From a virus, in the IMG/VR virus record IMGVR_UViG_3300042731_004843, positions 32,001 to 96,000 of that record: DNA of 64,000 nucleotides, one strand, 5' to 3'. The position numbers and the translations under genes are program-made. Below the pieces are notes generated by a model. That model worked only from the letters and a program-made list of their open reading frames with translations, was not told the DNA's origin and made no database searches. This document shows positions 18,656 through 28,702 of this stretch, piece by piece (positions within the stretch are counted from its first letter, which is position 1; the number at the start of each line of letters is the position of its first letter).

Positions 18656-19127
18656 CGATCGGCACGGATGGTATGACGTATGGTTTGGGCGTCCCCGGCA
18701 TGTTGGCGGGGGCCTGCTCGTCCTCGTGGTACGCCTTGGCTACCAGCTCGTTGTCCACCTCACCTTGCCGCACCAACTGGTGCAATAGGTCGGCGTCCAG
18801 TTTGTAGGTGACCGTCTCTGTCAGAACCAGGTCGGCCTGTTCAGCCGGCAGGGTGTTGGCCAGGAAATCTACGTCGTAGTAGCGCTTGTACTTCTTCTGC
18901 GCCCCAACAACTCCTACGACCAGCTTGTCCTGGTCTAAGGTCCGCAGCTGGGTCTTGACAGCCCGGCTCGCAGCATCCAGTTGGCGGTTGTACTCACCAA
19001 CCAGCTGCTCGTACTCGAGCAGTATGTCCTTGATTTCAGGGTCGGCCATGAACGTGAACAGCTCTTCCTTGGCCTCATCGAATCTGGCTACCGCCCGCTC
19101 AGCTACGCTAAGTTCTTTTTCTGGCAC
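18648..19127 (-). CDS. hypothetical coiled-coil protein
   Basis: GAGGTG RBS, coupled ORF. Confidence 0.55.
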   Translation of the reverse strand: MPEKELSVAERAVARFDEAKEELFTFMADPEIKDILLEYEQLVGEYNRQLDAASRAVKTQLRTLDQDKLVVGVVGAQKKYKRYYDVDFLANTLPAEQADLVLTETVTYKLDADLLHQLVRQGEVDNELVAKAYHEDEQAPANMPGTPKPYVIPSVPIDD

Positions 19128-19806
19128 GGGTCACCTCTCTCCTGCTTTCTGGTGGCTCGATCCCGTAATATGTTTCCCGCAGGTGATCGATCACCTGGGC
19201 TGCCCTGACGAAATCCTCGGTAGTCTTGTACCAGGGCCCGCTCTTGGTTCGGTTGTGGGACCTGGCCAGGAACGCAGTGTGGTAAACGGGCATAAGCGCG
19301 TAGCGGATCGGCACATGTCGTCCTTGCATGGTGAACGTACGCATTCTGCCGCGCACCGCCTCCATCTTTGGGGCCTTGCCGGTCAATATTTGTAGCGGCA
19401 CTTTGCCGACTGCGATGATCAGCAGAGGGTCCACGAGGTAGATCTGCTCTAGCAGCCTCTCTTTACACGCTTCCCTTTCAACTTTAGACGGCGGCCGATT
19501 ATCTATGCGTACTCCGCCTGATCGGTCGTCTTCTACTTCCACAGTAGGCCGGCAACAGACGACGTTGGTGATGTAGAGGTCCTCCTGCCGGTCCAAGTCC
19601 ACCGACTCCAGAAACTGGTCCAGTACCTCTCCTGCACGTCCGAAGAAGGGTCGGCCAGAACGGTCCTCGTGCTCCCCCGGCCCTTCCCCAACGATCATGA
19701 TGTCCGCGTTGGGATTGCCCTCACCGAATACGAGACGCGTCCTGGTCTCTGCGAGGCCGCAGCGCTGGCAGTCTCCCCAGCTATCTTGGAGCTGAGCAAG
19801 GCTCAC
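19108..19806 (-). CDS. udg: uracil-DNA glycosylase family 4
   Basis: CQRCGL..VFGEG..VGEGPG..ED..GRPF.GRAG..TNVVCCRP..YH. Confidence 0.9.
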   Translation of the reverse strand: MSLAQLQDSWGDCQRCGLAETRTRLVFGEGNPNADIMIVGEGPGEHEDRSGRPFFGRAGEVLDQFLESVDLDRQEDLYITNVVCCRPTVEVEDDRSGGVRIDNRPPSKVEREACKERLLEQIYLVDPLLIIAVGKVPLQILTGKAPKMEAVRGRMRTFTMQGRHVPIRYALMPVYHTAFLARSHNRTKSGPWYKTTEDFVRAAQVIDHLRETYYGIEPPESRREVTRARKRT

Positions 19807-20204
19807 GACTGGTGCCCGCTCGGTAGCGGGCCTCCCGCGGGTTCTATGCCTGCGTCTTTGGCGCGGGACACCATCTCTGCCCGAGAGCACTTCTCGAGCT
19901 GCTCCAGTAGGGGGCGCAGAGTACCAGGGCTTTCCTCGGGCCAGAAGTAGGACACGGGCTTGACCCTGACAGGCACCGCAGATCTGCAGATACCAGCTGG
20001 GAGCACCTGGTTGGATTGGACTAGAGCGCCATCCTCTCTAGGGAGTAGTAGCGTACGCAGAGTGCGCGCCTCATCCAGCAGGATGAAATCCCCCTTCCTC
20101 GCCGCCTCACAGATCTCGTCGTCTGTGAGTGTGGTCTTGCCGACCCAGAATGACTGGGGCGTGCCGTCACCGACTATGACCCAGTGCGCTTCTTGCTCAC
20201 TCAT
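19803..20204 (-). CDS. hypothetical protein
   Basis: AAGGAGG RBS, coupled ORF. Confidence 0.6.
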   Translation of the reverse strand: MSEQEAHWVIVGDGTPQSFWVGKTTLTDDEICEAARKGDFILLDEARTLRTLLLPREDGALVQSNQVLPAGICRSAVPVRVKPVSYFWPEESPGTLRPLLEQLEKCSRAEMVSRAKDAGIEPAGGPLPSGHQS

Positions 20205-21655
20205 TTGGTTTCCTCCTTACCGTAAGGTCTCAGTATCTTGTAATCTAGGGGCCCGCCCTGCTCCTTGGGCCACCTACGTATCAGCCGTTTCAGTGTCGAG
20301 CACATCTTGTGCATCTTGGGCACAAAGACGTGGTCGAGGATGATGATCACAGGCGTCTTCTTGTTTTCTCGGAACCGTTGTGCCCGGCCCATGCCCTGCT
20401 GGAGGGTGTTGAGTCCGCCGTCTTCCACGGATGAGCTGCCGAAGGGAGTCAGGAAGTAGAGCAGGTCTAGCGTGTCTTCATCCAGAGCCTCCTTCACCAG
20501 CTGCAGAGTCCCGAAGCTGATCTGCTTTGTGCGAAGGGTGCGTAGCCTGGCCTCCGGCTTCTCATTCCCAGTACACAACCCGGAGTCAGCAAACATGTCG
20601 TTGAGCAGGCGCAGCTGCTCAACGCTGTGGCTCAGGACCAAGATCTTCCGCCCCTTCTCCAACGGGGCACGTAGCTTGCGGGCGATGAACTCGTTGCACT
20701 CAGGTAGCCTGCCGAGATATGTCCGCAGCTTCGGTATGTTGATCTTGCCCTGTTTGTCGTAGATGCCCGTCTCTGGATTCTTCGCCTCTTTGGATTTCAC
20801 GTCCACTGTTGCGGGGCATTCCTGGAAGTAGATGCGAGGGATCATGTCCGGCATGAGGTCGGAGTGGTACACGTCCCCGATGTGGTACTGATAGATAGGC
20901 TCGAGCCCGTCCTCACGATTCACTGTGGCGGTCAGACCGTGCCGTTCTCCATAGAACATGGGCGCTGTGCGGACAAATAGTGGGGCCGACAGGTGGTGTA
21001 CCTCGTCATAGATGACCAGCCCGAAGTACCTGTCCATGCCGGCCGGGATGTTGTTAGCGTGCAGAGACAGGGAGTGTATCATCGCCACACAGATGCCCCG
21101 TCCATCCCAGTCCCAGGTGTCCGGGGAGCCCTGCAGTACACCAATCCCCCCGGGCACGCGCCTCATGTGCTCGCGGATCCTGTCCTGCCACTGATCGATC
21201 AGAGTGGTATTGTTCACCACCACCAGCGCGGGCACTTTACGCTCAGCTACGAGCTTCAGTGCCATGATCGTTTTTCCCTTACCGCAAGCTAGGTTGAGCA
21301 GCCCACTCTTCGCCGCCTTCATAGGCACCCATGCATCACGCTGGGTGGTGAGGTCTGGGCGTTTGGCGTCTAGCTCTATCCTGTCCATAAAGGCGACGCG
21401 CGGGAACTCCGTAGGTTGTACGGATAGGATCGGGAATGACAGGGCGGCGTACTCTCCACGGGGAAAGAACTCCCTGGGGACAATGAGGTGGTCCTTTTCC
21501 TCATGCCATAGCTGCAGGTACGTGATCCCCTCATTGTCCATCACCGGGAACTCGAGCCCGCTCTTCACGGAGCGCACATTGATGTGCTTCTTGGGCAGCC
21601 AAAGCTGCCTCCCGAAATACCCCTTGTCGGGGTCCCGACGCACGAAACTCAGCAT
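20201..21655 (-). CDS. SF2 DNA helicase (UvsW-like)
   Basis: ACGKGKT, DEVH, TAT, QGMGRAQR; ATG at 21655 has GGAGG RBS. Confidence 0.85.
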   Translation of the reverse strand: MLSFVRRDPDKGYFGRQLWLPKKHINVRSVKSGLEFPVMDNEGITYLQLWHEEKDHLIVPREFFPRGEYAALSFPILSVQPTEFPRVAFMDRIELDAKRPDLTTQRDAWVPMKAAKSGLLNLACGKGKTIMALKLVAERKVPALVVVNNTTLIDQWQDRIREHMRRVPGGIGVLQGSPDTWDWDGRGICVAMIHSLSLHANNIPAGMDRYFGLVIYDEVHHLSAPLFVRTAPMFYGERHGLTATVNREDGLEPIYQYHIGDVYHSDLMPDMIPRIYFQECPATVDVKSKEAKNPETGIYDKQGKINIPKLRTYLGRLPECNEFIARKLRAPLEKGRKILVLSHSVEQLRLLNDMFADSGLCTGNEKPEARLRTLRTKQISFGTLQLVKEALDEDTLDLLYFLTPFGSSSVEDGGLNTLQQGMGRAQRFRENKKTPVIIILDHVFVPKMHKMCSTLKRLIRRWPKEQGGPLDYKILRPYGKEETK

Positions 21656-21720
21656 GCATCCTCCAGAACGGCTAACTGCTTGTAATCCTTGTGGTGACGT
21701 TGCGGGGGCGGCCATGAACA

Positions 21721-21746
21721 GTACCTTACCAGATCTGGTAAGGTAC
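21721..21746. promoter_or_regulatory. perfect 26-bp palindrome (operator-like)
   Basis: GTACCTTACCAGATCTGGTAAGGTAC. Confidence 0.65.
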
Positions 21747-21747
21747 A

Positions 21748-21775
21748 TTTATACATACATCGTCCGCCCTGTCAA
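21748..21775 (-). promoter_or_regulatory. sigma70-like promoter of replication operon
   Basis: TTGACA-N16-TATAAA on minus strand. Confidence 0.55.
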
Positions 21776-22143
21776 AACCTATAATTGCGGAAGAACTGCC
21801 AGGCTTCGTAGAAGAGTCCGCGGAGGGCACCGCTGGCGCAATCTTTGGCGAAGCGCTCTATGGCGCGTTCTCCTTCGCCAACGATACCGCTTTCGCAGTT
21901 AGATCTCAGTCCGTCATCAGCGTCCTCTCCGTACCGCCGAGAGCGTCTGCCGGCGGTATTGGTGCGGCCGATTACTGTGGGGCGGGGAGAGAATGGACGC
22001 CGACTGTCTACTACCTCCATGCGGCAACTATGTTGGTACCTGCAGCCTTGACATTCGTGGTCATCGAGGCTGAAAGTGTGGGGGTTGCCCCAGCAGCTGG
22101 GGCGGTTGTCGTCGTTAGAGCTGATGTGGTCGTCATACGACAC
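21772..22143 (-). CDS. Cys-containing hypothetical protein
   Basis: GTG start with AGGAG RBS; C..CQGC..C. Confidence 0.55.
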   Translation of the reverse strand: MSYDDHISSNDDNRPSCWGNPHTFSLDDHECQGCRYQHSCRMEVVDSRRPFSPRPTVIGRTNTAGRRSRRYGEDADDGLRSNCESGIVGEGERAIERFAKDCASGALRGLFYEAWQFFRNYRF

Positions 22144-22181
22144 GTTATCTCCTGGGGTTAGTTGGGGTCCAAGACGAAGAT

Positions 22182-22210
22182 CTTATAACAGCGTGTAGGC
22201 GTTTTTTGTC
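22182..22210 (-). promoter_or_regulatory. putative phage-specific promoter (GTTATAAG class)
   Basis: A-run-N-GTTATAAG; related motif at 28756, 40201, 42409. Confidence 0.45.
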
Positions 22211-22221
22211 CTGCCCACTTG

Positions 22222-22250
22222 TTGACCCCACCGGAGCCGAGACGTAGTAT
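22222..22250 (+). promoter_or_regulatory. sigma70-like promoter of virion module
   Basis: TTGACC-N17-TAGTAT upstream of ATG 22277. Confidence 0.6.
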
Positions 22251-22276
22251 CATCGGGAGATCACGGAGAGACTGAC

Positions 22277-23641
22277 ATGCATACTGGATCTATCGTCGAC
22301 TTCTACGATGACCCTCAGGGACTAGTTCTGAAGAATCGTCTGCCGCAAGAAGGCGTACCGGACTTCATCAAGCAGGCAGAGTTTCTAGATGAGCATACCC
22401 GCGGCACCTTACCGGACGATGTATTTGCCCTGGTCATGGTCGACCGTGGCGAGAAGCTGCGCAAGTTCGCCTGTGTAGACAAGGGTAATGTGGCCCTCAA
22501 CGTGATCTACTTCATGGAGAACCGGGACCGCCTACCAGAAGAGGCCCAGAAGACTGCTGCGGCTAACCTGGCTAGGGCCTGTTCTTGGTTCGACCTGGCA
22601 GTACCTATGGGACTGGACAAGGAGGCGGGATTTTCTAGCCTGTTGAAGGCCCCTAGCAAGCTGGTGGGCGGGGGTATGGCTGCCGCAGATATAGGCGGCA
22701 GGGTCTCTGCAGGCAAAGAACGCCACCGACAGATGACGCGCACGGCCGACATGATCGGCTCCAACGTCATGCCCACCTCCGGTAGCAAGGAAAAGGCAGC
22801 AGCTCCTTCTACCCGTTCGGCTCTACGGGAACTGGACAAACAGAGAGCCGCAGATCCGGATCTACAGCGTAAGCTGAAGCGTACTAGAGCAGACATGAGG
22901 GCCAACCCGAGTAAGTACACCCTAAAGTCGGCCGCACTCCAGCCATATGTGGACGTCACGGGGCAGAGGCCGCCGGAGAGGATCAAGCAGGCTAGCGCGG
23001 AACGGCACTGCTTGATTAAAGAAGGTCAGGCACACTTTCCGATCGACAGCTATGGCCAGATCAAGCAAGCGTCGGTTTGGTTTGACGAGTACGGGCACAC
23101 ACTGCACCCAGCAGAGCGCCGGGAGTACTGCACCAAGCTAGCATCCAGGGCGGACGAAGTCGGCATCGAGGTCAGTGATCTCATTCGAAAATACGGGTCA
23201 CCGGGCTATGCCACGGATGGAGAAGTGAACGTCGCGGTCTGTACCAGGATGCAGCATTGGGCAGACGATGCGCCTGAGCGTGACATGCTGAAGGGGTTGA
23301 TGGAGAAAGCTGCTTCAGTCTCCCCGGATGTTTTCTGTGAAGCTCTCCGGCAGTTCGATGAAGCCACGGGCATGGACCATCTGTGGGACGATGAGATCTA
23401 CGACCCCTGGTTTTCCACGTACGGCTTCAAGAAAGAGGCCGCGTGGTCCTGGCAGAGCGGAAACGACAGAGTAACGGAAGCGCAACTAAAGCTGTCGGCT
23501 AAGAAAGACTTCTTGGCTATCCGTGAAGCGTTCGGGTTGGAGGTGGCGGAGGAGTACAGGAAGAACCCCCAGCAGGTATTTGACTCCATGCCATTGGATT
23601 CTAAGCGCATTCTTACGCGCATGGCCAACGACCCCCTGTAG
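22277..23641 (+). CDS. KxA-motif-rich putative virion/head protein
   Basis: KQA, KTA, KEA, KSA, KQAS, KLAS, KAAS, KEAA motifs; first gene of virion operon. Confidence 0.6.
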   Translation: MHTGSIVDFYDDPQGLVLKNRLPQEGVPDFIKQAEFLDEHTRGTLPDDVFALVMVDRGEKLRKFACVDKGNVALNVIYFMENRDRLPEEAQKTAAANLARACSWFDLAVPMGLDKEAGFSSLLKAPSKLVGGGMAAADIGGRVSAGKERHRQMTRTADMIGSNVMPTSGSKEKAAAPSTRSALRELDKQRAADPDLQRKLKRTRADMRANPSKYTLKSAALQPYVDVTGQRPPERIKQASAERHCLIKEGQAHFPIDSYGQIKQASVWFDEYGHTLHPAERREYCTKLASRADEVGIEVSDLIRKYGSPGYATDGEVNVAVCTRMQHWADDAPERDMLKGLMEKAASVSPDVFCEALRQFDEATGMDHLWDDEIYDPWFSTYGFKKEAAWSWQSGNDRVTEAQLKLSAKKDFLAIREAFGLEVAEEYRKNPQQVFDSMPLDSKRILTRMANDPL

Positions 23642-23644
23642 GAT

Positions 23645-24535
23645 ATGGCTACCCACGAAGAGCAGCTGCTGGGCCTCCTGGAGAAGATAGGCCAGCCGGA
23701 AGAGACCACTGCCGAGGTCCCGTCTGTACTGGACGGGACCTCCAATGACGATCACGTCGAGACGTACGGCTCTTCCGAGGACCCCAACACGGAGGCTGAG
23801 CACGAAGAGCTGGCGGCAGCCAATACTGACCGGCAAGGGATGCCGGAAGGTGCGCTGTCCCCAGTCACGAAGCGGAACATGTGGGTGCATCACGACACCC
23901 ACCCGGTAACATATGATGTGGCCCTCCTGGGCACGTACGGCACAGACTGGTTTGAGTGGGAGCCCGGTACCCTCTGGCGTGAGATCAGAGAGGACTTCCG
24001 GGTACCCTCTATCAATGACCACGCCAAGGCCAAGATACAGGCGGCGAAGACGCTGCACATCAATGAATGGTACTGGACGAAGTGGGAAGTGTTCTGCTGG
24101 ATCACGCAGGCCTTGAACAACAATATCCCGGACTTCCATGTACTCCAGAAGCCTTCCATAGCGCAGCTGATGCAGTCTGTAGACGCCGCTACGATGGTAC
24201 GCAATGACGTGGAGTTCACCCCAGAGCTCCAGATGTTCGTGGCGGCTGCGATGGTAGAGTCCGGTGTATTCTATGCCCCGAAGCCCATAGACTTTTGCCA
24301 GGACGAGATCGAGACGCTGCTTGACGAGCTTCAGATAGATAAGAGCTTGATCGGGCAAGTACAGAGCAGGTGGCGAGAGGTGAAGCAGATCTCTCCAGAG
24401 GCGTGGGCGCGTTCTCCAGAACCCGTACTGCGGGAAGACGTGGTAGACATCCAGGTAGCCAAATTGAAAGTAGCGTGCGATTATCTGGATCTACGTCGTC
24501 GCCAACTGCAGGAGCAACTGAGGCTGCTCAAATGA
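23645..24535 (+). CDS. hypothetical virion-module protein
   Basis: 296 aa; LLEKIG leader followed by an acidic linker. Confidence 0.6.
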   Translation: MATHEEQLLGLLEKIGQPEETTAEVPSVLDGTSNDDHVETYGSSEDPNTEAEHEELAAANTDRQGMPEGALSPVTKRNMWVHHDTHPVTYDVALLGTYGTDWFEWEPGTLWREIREDFRVPSINDHAKAKIQAAKTLHINEWYWTKWEVFCWITQALNNNIPDFHVLQKPSIAQLMQSVDAATMVRNDVEFTPELQMFVAAAMVESGVFYAPKPIDFCQDEIETLLDELQIDKSLIGQVQSRWREVKQISPEAWARSPEPVLREDVVDIQVAKLKVACDYLDLRRRQLQEQLRLLK

Positions 24536-25506
24536 AGCACATCACGGCTCCCCACATGCATGGTTTCGTAAATGGGTTGACGAAGGAAGCCATCAACATG
24601 CGCAGCTTTATGGATCTCTACCGCAGAGCCGCCGGAAAGACTATTCCGGGGCACATTGGGAGGGCCACCAGCGCTATCAAGGACACGGCCAAGAAGCATC
24701 TGTCTGGTAGATACGGACGGCAGGTTGCCCTGGGCGCAGGCCTCGGTGCTGCAGGCGGTGCCGCTACTGGTGACGACGAGAACTGGAAAACTAGGGCGCT
24801 ACAGGGCGCGCTGATCGGTGGTACTGCTGCTGGCGGCCGTATTTTGGGCACAAAGGTTGGTAGGCAGGCTGCATCGGAAGCCACCAAGAGGTTCGGTGAG
24901 CGCCAGCTATACACCTTGACCGGCAAGGGATTCAAAGGCCGGGAGGTTGGCCTTGAGGACGCCAAAAGATTGGGGATCCTCAAGGTTCCGGAGTGGGAGA
25001 AGCTAAAGGATACTCCGGGCGCTGTTAGCCGGGCCGTCTCCAAGGTCACCGGGAAGCCGGCAAAGACGCAGCTGGGCCGGGAAGCTGGGCGCTATGCTGC
25101 CGATGTAGAGGCTTTCCAGAAGGGCTTTCAGAACATCCCTGGTGTGGTGCACGGCGCTCTGACCCGACCTGGGGAACTCCTACGTAGTGGTTGGCAGAGG
25201 GCAGGTACAGCTGGGAAAGTCTTCGCTGGAGCCGGCGCTCTCGAGGCAGCACGCGCAGCGACCAAGAAACCGGAGGCCGGGGATCCGGGTAGGGCTCAAG
25301 CTGCTCTTGGCAGCTTGGGGCGCACGGCCGGTTACTTGGTGGCCCCCGGGGCTATGCTGGGGCAGGTAGCGGTGGGTGGCCTGGCTGGTAAGGGCGGAGA
25401 GGCCGTGGGGAAGATAGGTGATGTGGCGTCTAAGGCCAGGAAGGCCGCGATCCAAGTCCCGTACCAGCAGTATGCTGACCTAGCCCCGTACTACGGTGGG
25501 AGGTAG
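24532..25506 (+). CDS. basic Gly/Ala-rich glycine-zipper protein with KEA leader
   Basis: ATGA coupling; MKHITAPHMHGFVNGLTKEA leader; GAGLGAAGGA and GALIGG segments. Confidence 0.6.
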   Translation: MKHITAPHMHGFVNGLTKEAINMRSFMDLYRRAAGKTIPGHIGRATSAIKDTAKKHLSGRYGRQVALGAGLGAAGGAATGDDENWKTRALQGALIGGTAAGGRILGTKVGRQAASEATKRFGERQLYTLTGKGFKGREVGLEDAKRLGILKVPEWEKLKDTPGAVSRAVSKVTGKPAKTQLGREAGRYAADVEAFQKGFQNIPGVVHGALTRPGELLRSGWQRAGTAGKVFAGAGALEAARAATKKPEAGDPGRAQAALGSLGRTAGYLVAPGAMLGQVAVGGLAGKGGEAVGKIGDVASKARKAAIQVPYQQYADLAPYYGGR

Positions 25507-25508
25507 TC

Positions 25509-27530
25509 TTGTCCGGCGCTAGTACGCAATCTGCGTCCAGGTTCTCCAGTCGTGGTCGTTCTGGTGGAGCGCAGGACTACGGACTCCAGTACCCCAGCCC
25601 CTTCTTCGACATCGGGCAGACCTATCTCCCGGCCACCGTCAAGCAGATGTTCAGGTGGTGTAGGTACTATTACTTGGTCAACCCGCTGATCAACGCGGTG
25701 GTGTCCAAGATGGCGGAGTACCCCATCACCGACGTGCTGTTTGACACAGAGCGGACAGAGCTGAAGGACAGGTGGACAGGCTTCCTGCTGGACCATCTGC
25801 GGTACCGGGCGTTCCAGGTAGAGGTGGGGCTGGACTACTACACCTACGGTAACGCGCTTGTCTCGATCTTCTATCCGTTCTTGAAGTTGTTGGAGTGCCG
25901 CTCATGCGGCAACAAGCAGTGGGCTAAGGACGCAGAGTACAGGTTCCAGAACTATCAGTTCTACATGGTGTGCCCCAAGTGTGGGAACCATGGTCCGGCT
26001 CGAGCTTACGACCGGTACATCAAGGCGTCTAAGGGCATCAGGCTGCTTAGATGGAACCCGGAAGACGTAGACATACGCTACAACGACATCACGGGGGAGT
26101 ACGAGTACTACTACTCTATCCCGACCCAGCTCCGCAACGACATCATCATCGGCAAGAAGTCCACGGTAGAGACCGTTCCCCAGCTCTTCATAGACGCTCT
26201 GCGCCTGAAGAAGTCTGTGGTCTTCTCCCGCGACAACATCTACCACTTCAAGCGTCCAACTTTGGCGGGCAAGGACAGGGGGTGGGGTACCCCCATGATC
26301 CTCCCGGTTCTGAAGGACACGTACTACCTTCAGATCATGCGGAAGGCCCAGGAAGCCATCGCCCTCGAGCACATAGTGCCTCTGAGGGTGATCTTCCCAC
26401 AAGCCGGTTCAGCTACATCTGATCCTTTCACGTCCGTGAATCTGCAGGACTGGAGAGATCAGGTAGCCGGTGAGATCAGACGCTGGAGAGCGGACAACAA
26501 CTACATCCCAATTATGCCCCTGCCTCTAGGTCACCAGACCATCGGCGGCGACGGGCGTGCGCTCCTGCTGTCGCAAGAGATACGGGTCTGGTCCGAGCAG
26601 ATCGTGGCCGGTATGGGCATCCCTGTCGAGCTAGTGTTCGGAGGGTTGAGCTACTCTGGTAGCAACGTCTCCCTGCGCATGCTCGAGAACACCTTCCTGG
26701 GCTATCTCCAGGATCACCATTCGATGCTTAAGTGGATCATCAAGAGCACATCTGCGTATCTTGGTTGGTCCCCCGTCCGGTCCAGGTTCAAGCCGTTCAA
26801 GATGGCCGACGACCTGCAAAGAAAGGCGTATCTCTTCCAGCTCAATCAGGCCGGCAAGCTGTCGGACGAGTCCCTTTTGGCGGACGCTGACTACGATTCC
26901 GCCAAGGAGGACTTGATCATGGAGCGCGAGAGCACCCGTAGGGCGAGTGCTCATAAGAAGCGTGTCCTACAGGACGCGGACATGCAGGGCGAGGCACAGA
27001 TGGTCCAGATGAAGTGGCAGTCCAAGATGCAGGCGCAGCAGATGAAGACGGAAGCTGCTATGCAGAATGAGATAGCCAAGGACCAGGCAGCCTTCCAGGG
27101 TGAGCAGCAGAAAGACCTGATGGGCGCGCAGATGGCCATGCAGCAGGGAGGGCAGCCAGCGGAAACGGCACCAGAGATGCGGCCATCGCCAAGACGCCCA
27201 GAACTGATAGAGCCGCCGGAGCAGATCAAGTCGCCACTAACTGCTAGGTCTATGCAACCGATTCCTGCTGGGGCGACAGGAGAGTCCTTGCAGGGCAAGT
27301 CCAACATAGACCTCCTGCTTTTGGGTCGTAGGCTGGCGGACCAGCTGAACACACTGCAGCCAGTACAGAAGCAGCAAGCACTGTCCGAGCTCAGAGTCAT
27401 GCAACCAGAGCTGCATGATGTCGTTTTGGGGCTAATGGTATCAGGGGGAGCTAGAGCCTCTGCCGCAGCGGCCCGACCTCTGCCTGAACAGAAGCCGGCC
27501 CGCCGCGGACCAGAAGCGCAACTAGTCTAG
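25509..27530 (+). CDS. portal protein with Gln-rich C-terminal extension
   Basis: NPLINAVVSKMAEYPI, DYYTYGNA, IYHFK..GWGTP, GMGIP.ELV.G; size and context. Confidence 0.75.
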   Translation: MSGASTQSASRFSSRGRSGGAQDYGLQYPSPFFDIGQTYLPATVKQMFRWCRYYYLVNPLINAVVSKMAEYPITDVLFDTERTELKDRWTGFLLDHLRYRAFQVEVGLDYYTYGNALVSIFYPFLKLLECRSCGNKQWAKDAEYRFQNYQFYMVCPKCGNHGPARAYDRYIKASKGIRLLRWNPEDVDIRYNDITGEYEYYYSIPTQLRNDIIIGKKSTVETVPQLFIDALRLKKSVVFSRDNIYHFKRPTLAGKDRGWGTPMILPVLKDTYYLQIMRKAQEAIALEHIVPLRVIFPQAGSATSDPFTSVNLQDWRDQVAGEIRRWRADNNYIPIMPLPLGHQTIGGDGRALLLSQEIRVWSEQIVAGMGIPVELVFGGLSYSGSNVSLRMLENTFLGYLQDHHSMLKWIIKSTSAYLGWSPVRSRFKPFKMADDLQRKAYLFQLNQAGKLSDESLLADADYDSAKEDLIMERESTRRASAHKKRVLQDADMQGEAQMVQMKWQSKMQAQQMKTEAAMQNEIAKDQAAFQGEQQKDLMGAQMAMQQGGQPAETAPEMRPSPRRPELIEPPEQIKSPLTARSMQPIPAGATGESLQGKSNIDLLLLGRRLADQLNTLQPVQKQQALSELRVMQPELHDVVLGLMVSGGARASAAAARPLPEQKPARRGPEAQLV

Positions 27531-27961
27531 CGCGCCAACCGTAGACGCATTTGGTTGCGGTGTTGTGCCTCTCCTTCCTCCCGCTCTCTTGCCAGAGCTT
27601 TGATTTGTGCGTCTTTGAAACGTCGGTACTGGGTGTTGTGCTGGATGTGCTTCCAGTATTCTGCCTCGGGAGTCCCCGCCTCATGCCCGCCCGCCAAAAG
27701 ACGTAGCCTCAGCTCTTCTACCGCCCTTCGCGGGTACCAGACCTCATGGTCACCCGTTTTTGCTCGGGCTCTGCTTCTGGGACCATCGGGGTTGATGTCC
27801 AGACGCTCGTGGACTGAACCACGCTGAGTTGACTTGAGGAACAGGTACTCATTGATCACGTCGTTGGGTTCATGGTAGCAGAGCCGGTCTAGGTCTTCCC
27901 GGCTAGAGATGCCCAGCTCCCGCATCCTCCGCGTCGGGTACCAACCTGACCCGCTTCTCAT
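27527..27961 (-). CDS. hypothetical protein
   Basis: GAGGA RBS; minus-strand island. Confidence 0.5.
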   Translation of the reverse strand: MRSGSGWYPTRRMRELGISSREDLDRLCYHEPNDVINEYLFLKSTQRGSVHERLDINPDGPRSRARAKTGDHEVWYPRRAVEELRLRLLAGGHEAGTPEAEYWKHIQHNTQYRRFKDAQIKALAREREEGEAQHRNQMRLRLAR

Positions 27962-27970
27962 ACCATCCTC

Positions 27971-28450
27971 CTATCTGGCGATACCTAGCATTTCCCTGCC
28001 CGCGTCGTAGTTGCCGTCACCGAAATGGAACGACACGCAGTCGGCGCAGAGCAGACCCAGGTTCGCCTGATCGTCATATGGATCGAAGATCCACGTCTCG
28101 AAGTCCACCTTCCCTATTTGGAACTGGAAGGCGTAGGGGTGGACATGGAAGTCTTCCGGACATAGTCCGCACTCCCACCGACCCCCATTGGGTTTCCACA
28201 CATCACGTCTGTTCCCCACCTGCGTTAGAAAACAATGCAGGTGGAAGAACTCTATGACAGCTTCTTCACGAGTGATGTGGTTGTCGTTTTTCCAGTCTGG
28301 TAGGAAGTAGCTGTGCCCCGGGTCCTTCTTCATCGGGTACAGCCGGCCGGAGATAGCCGCTACCAGCTCATAGTCGCATCCAAATTCCTCCAGGCAGAAC
28401 CCGCACTTCTGTGCGGGGTTCACCTGGAATTGCGAAGGGATAACGTCCAT
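27971..28450 (-). CDS. Cys/His-rich Zn-finger-like hypothetical protein
   Basis: CGFC..HLHC..CGLC..CADC (duplicated unit). Confidence 0.55.
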   Translation of the reverse strand: MDVIPSQFQVNPAQKCGFCLEEFGCDYELVAAISGRLYPMKKDPGHSYFLPDWKNDNHITREEAVIEFFHLHCFLTQVGNRRDVWKPNGGRWECGLCPEDFHVHPYAFQFQIGKVDFETWIFDPYDDQANLGLLCADCVSFHFGDGNYDAGREMLGIAR

Positions 28451-28451
28451 G

Positions 28452-28568
28452 TTATGTGGCCTGCTTACGATCCTCGTCCCCTAGCGCACGACTTAGGGCA
28501 CGCGCAATATCAGCCAGCTCGGAGAGTAGCGCGGCTCCGAAACTCAGGACGAAAACCGCCCACAGCAT
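28452..28568 (-). CDS. 38-aa hydrophobic peptide (not in ORF track)
   Basis: MLWAVFVLSFGAALLSELADIARALSRALGDEDRKQAT; TAATG coupling, GAGGA RBS. Confidence 0.4.
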   Translation of the reverse strand: MLWAVFVLSFGAALLSELADIARALSRALGDEDRKQAT

Positions 28569-28702
28569 TAGTCCTCATCGGAAGTGTTGTCGTCCTCCGC
28601 TTCATCTATACCGCCGGCGATCTCTTCATCGATCGTCCTCTCGAACTCTTCCAGGCTACTGCCGCTGTCTTCATGGGCGTCGTCGGTATTGTTAGGTCCC
28701 AT
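28568..28702 (-). CDS. 44-aa highly acidic peptide (not in ORF track)
   Basis: MGPNNTDDAHEDSGSSLEEFERTIDEEIAGGIDEAEDDNTSDED; AGGAGG RBS. Confidence 0.5.
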   Translation of the reverse strand: MGPNNTDDAHEDSGSSLEEFERTIDEEIAGGIDEAEDDNTSDED

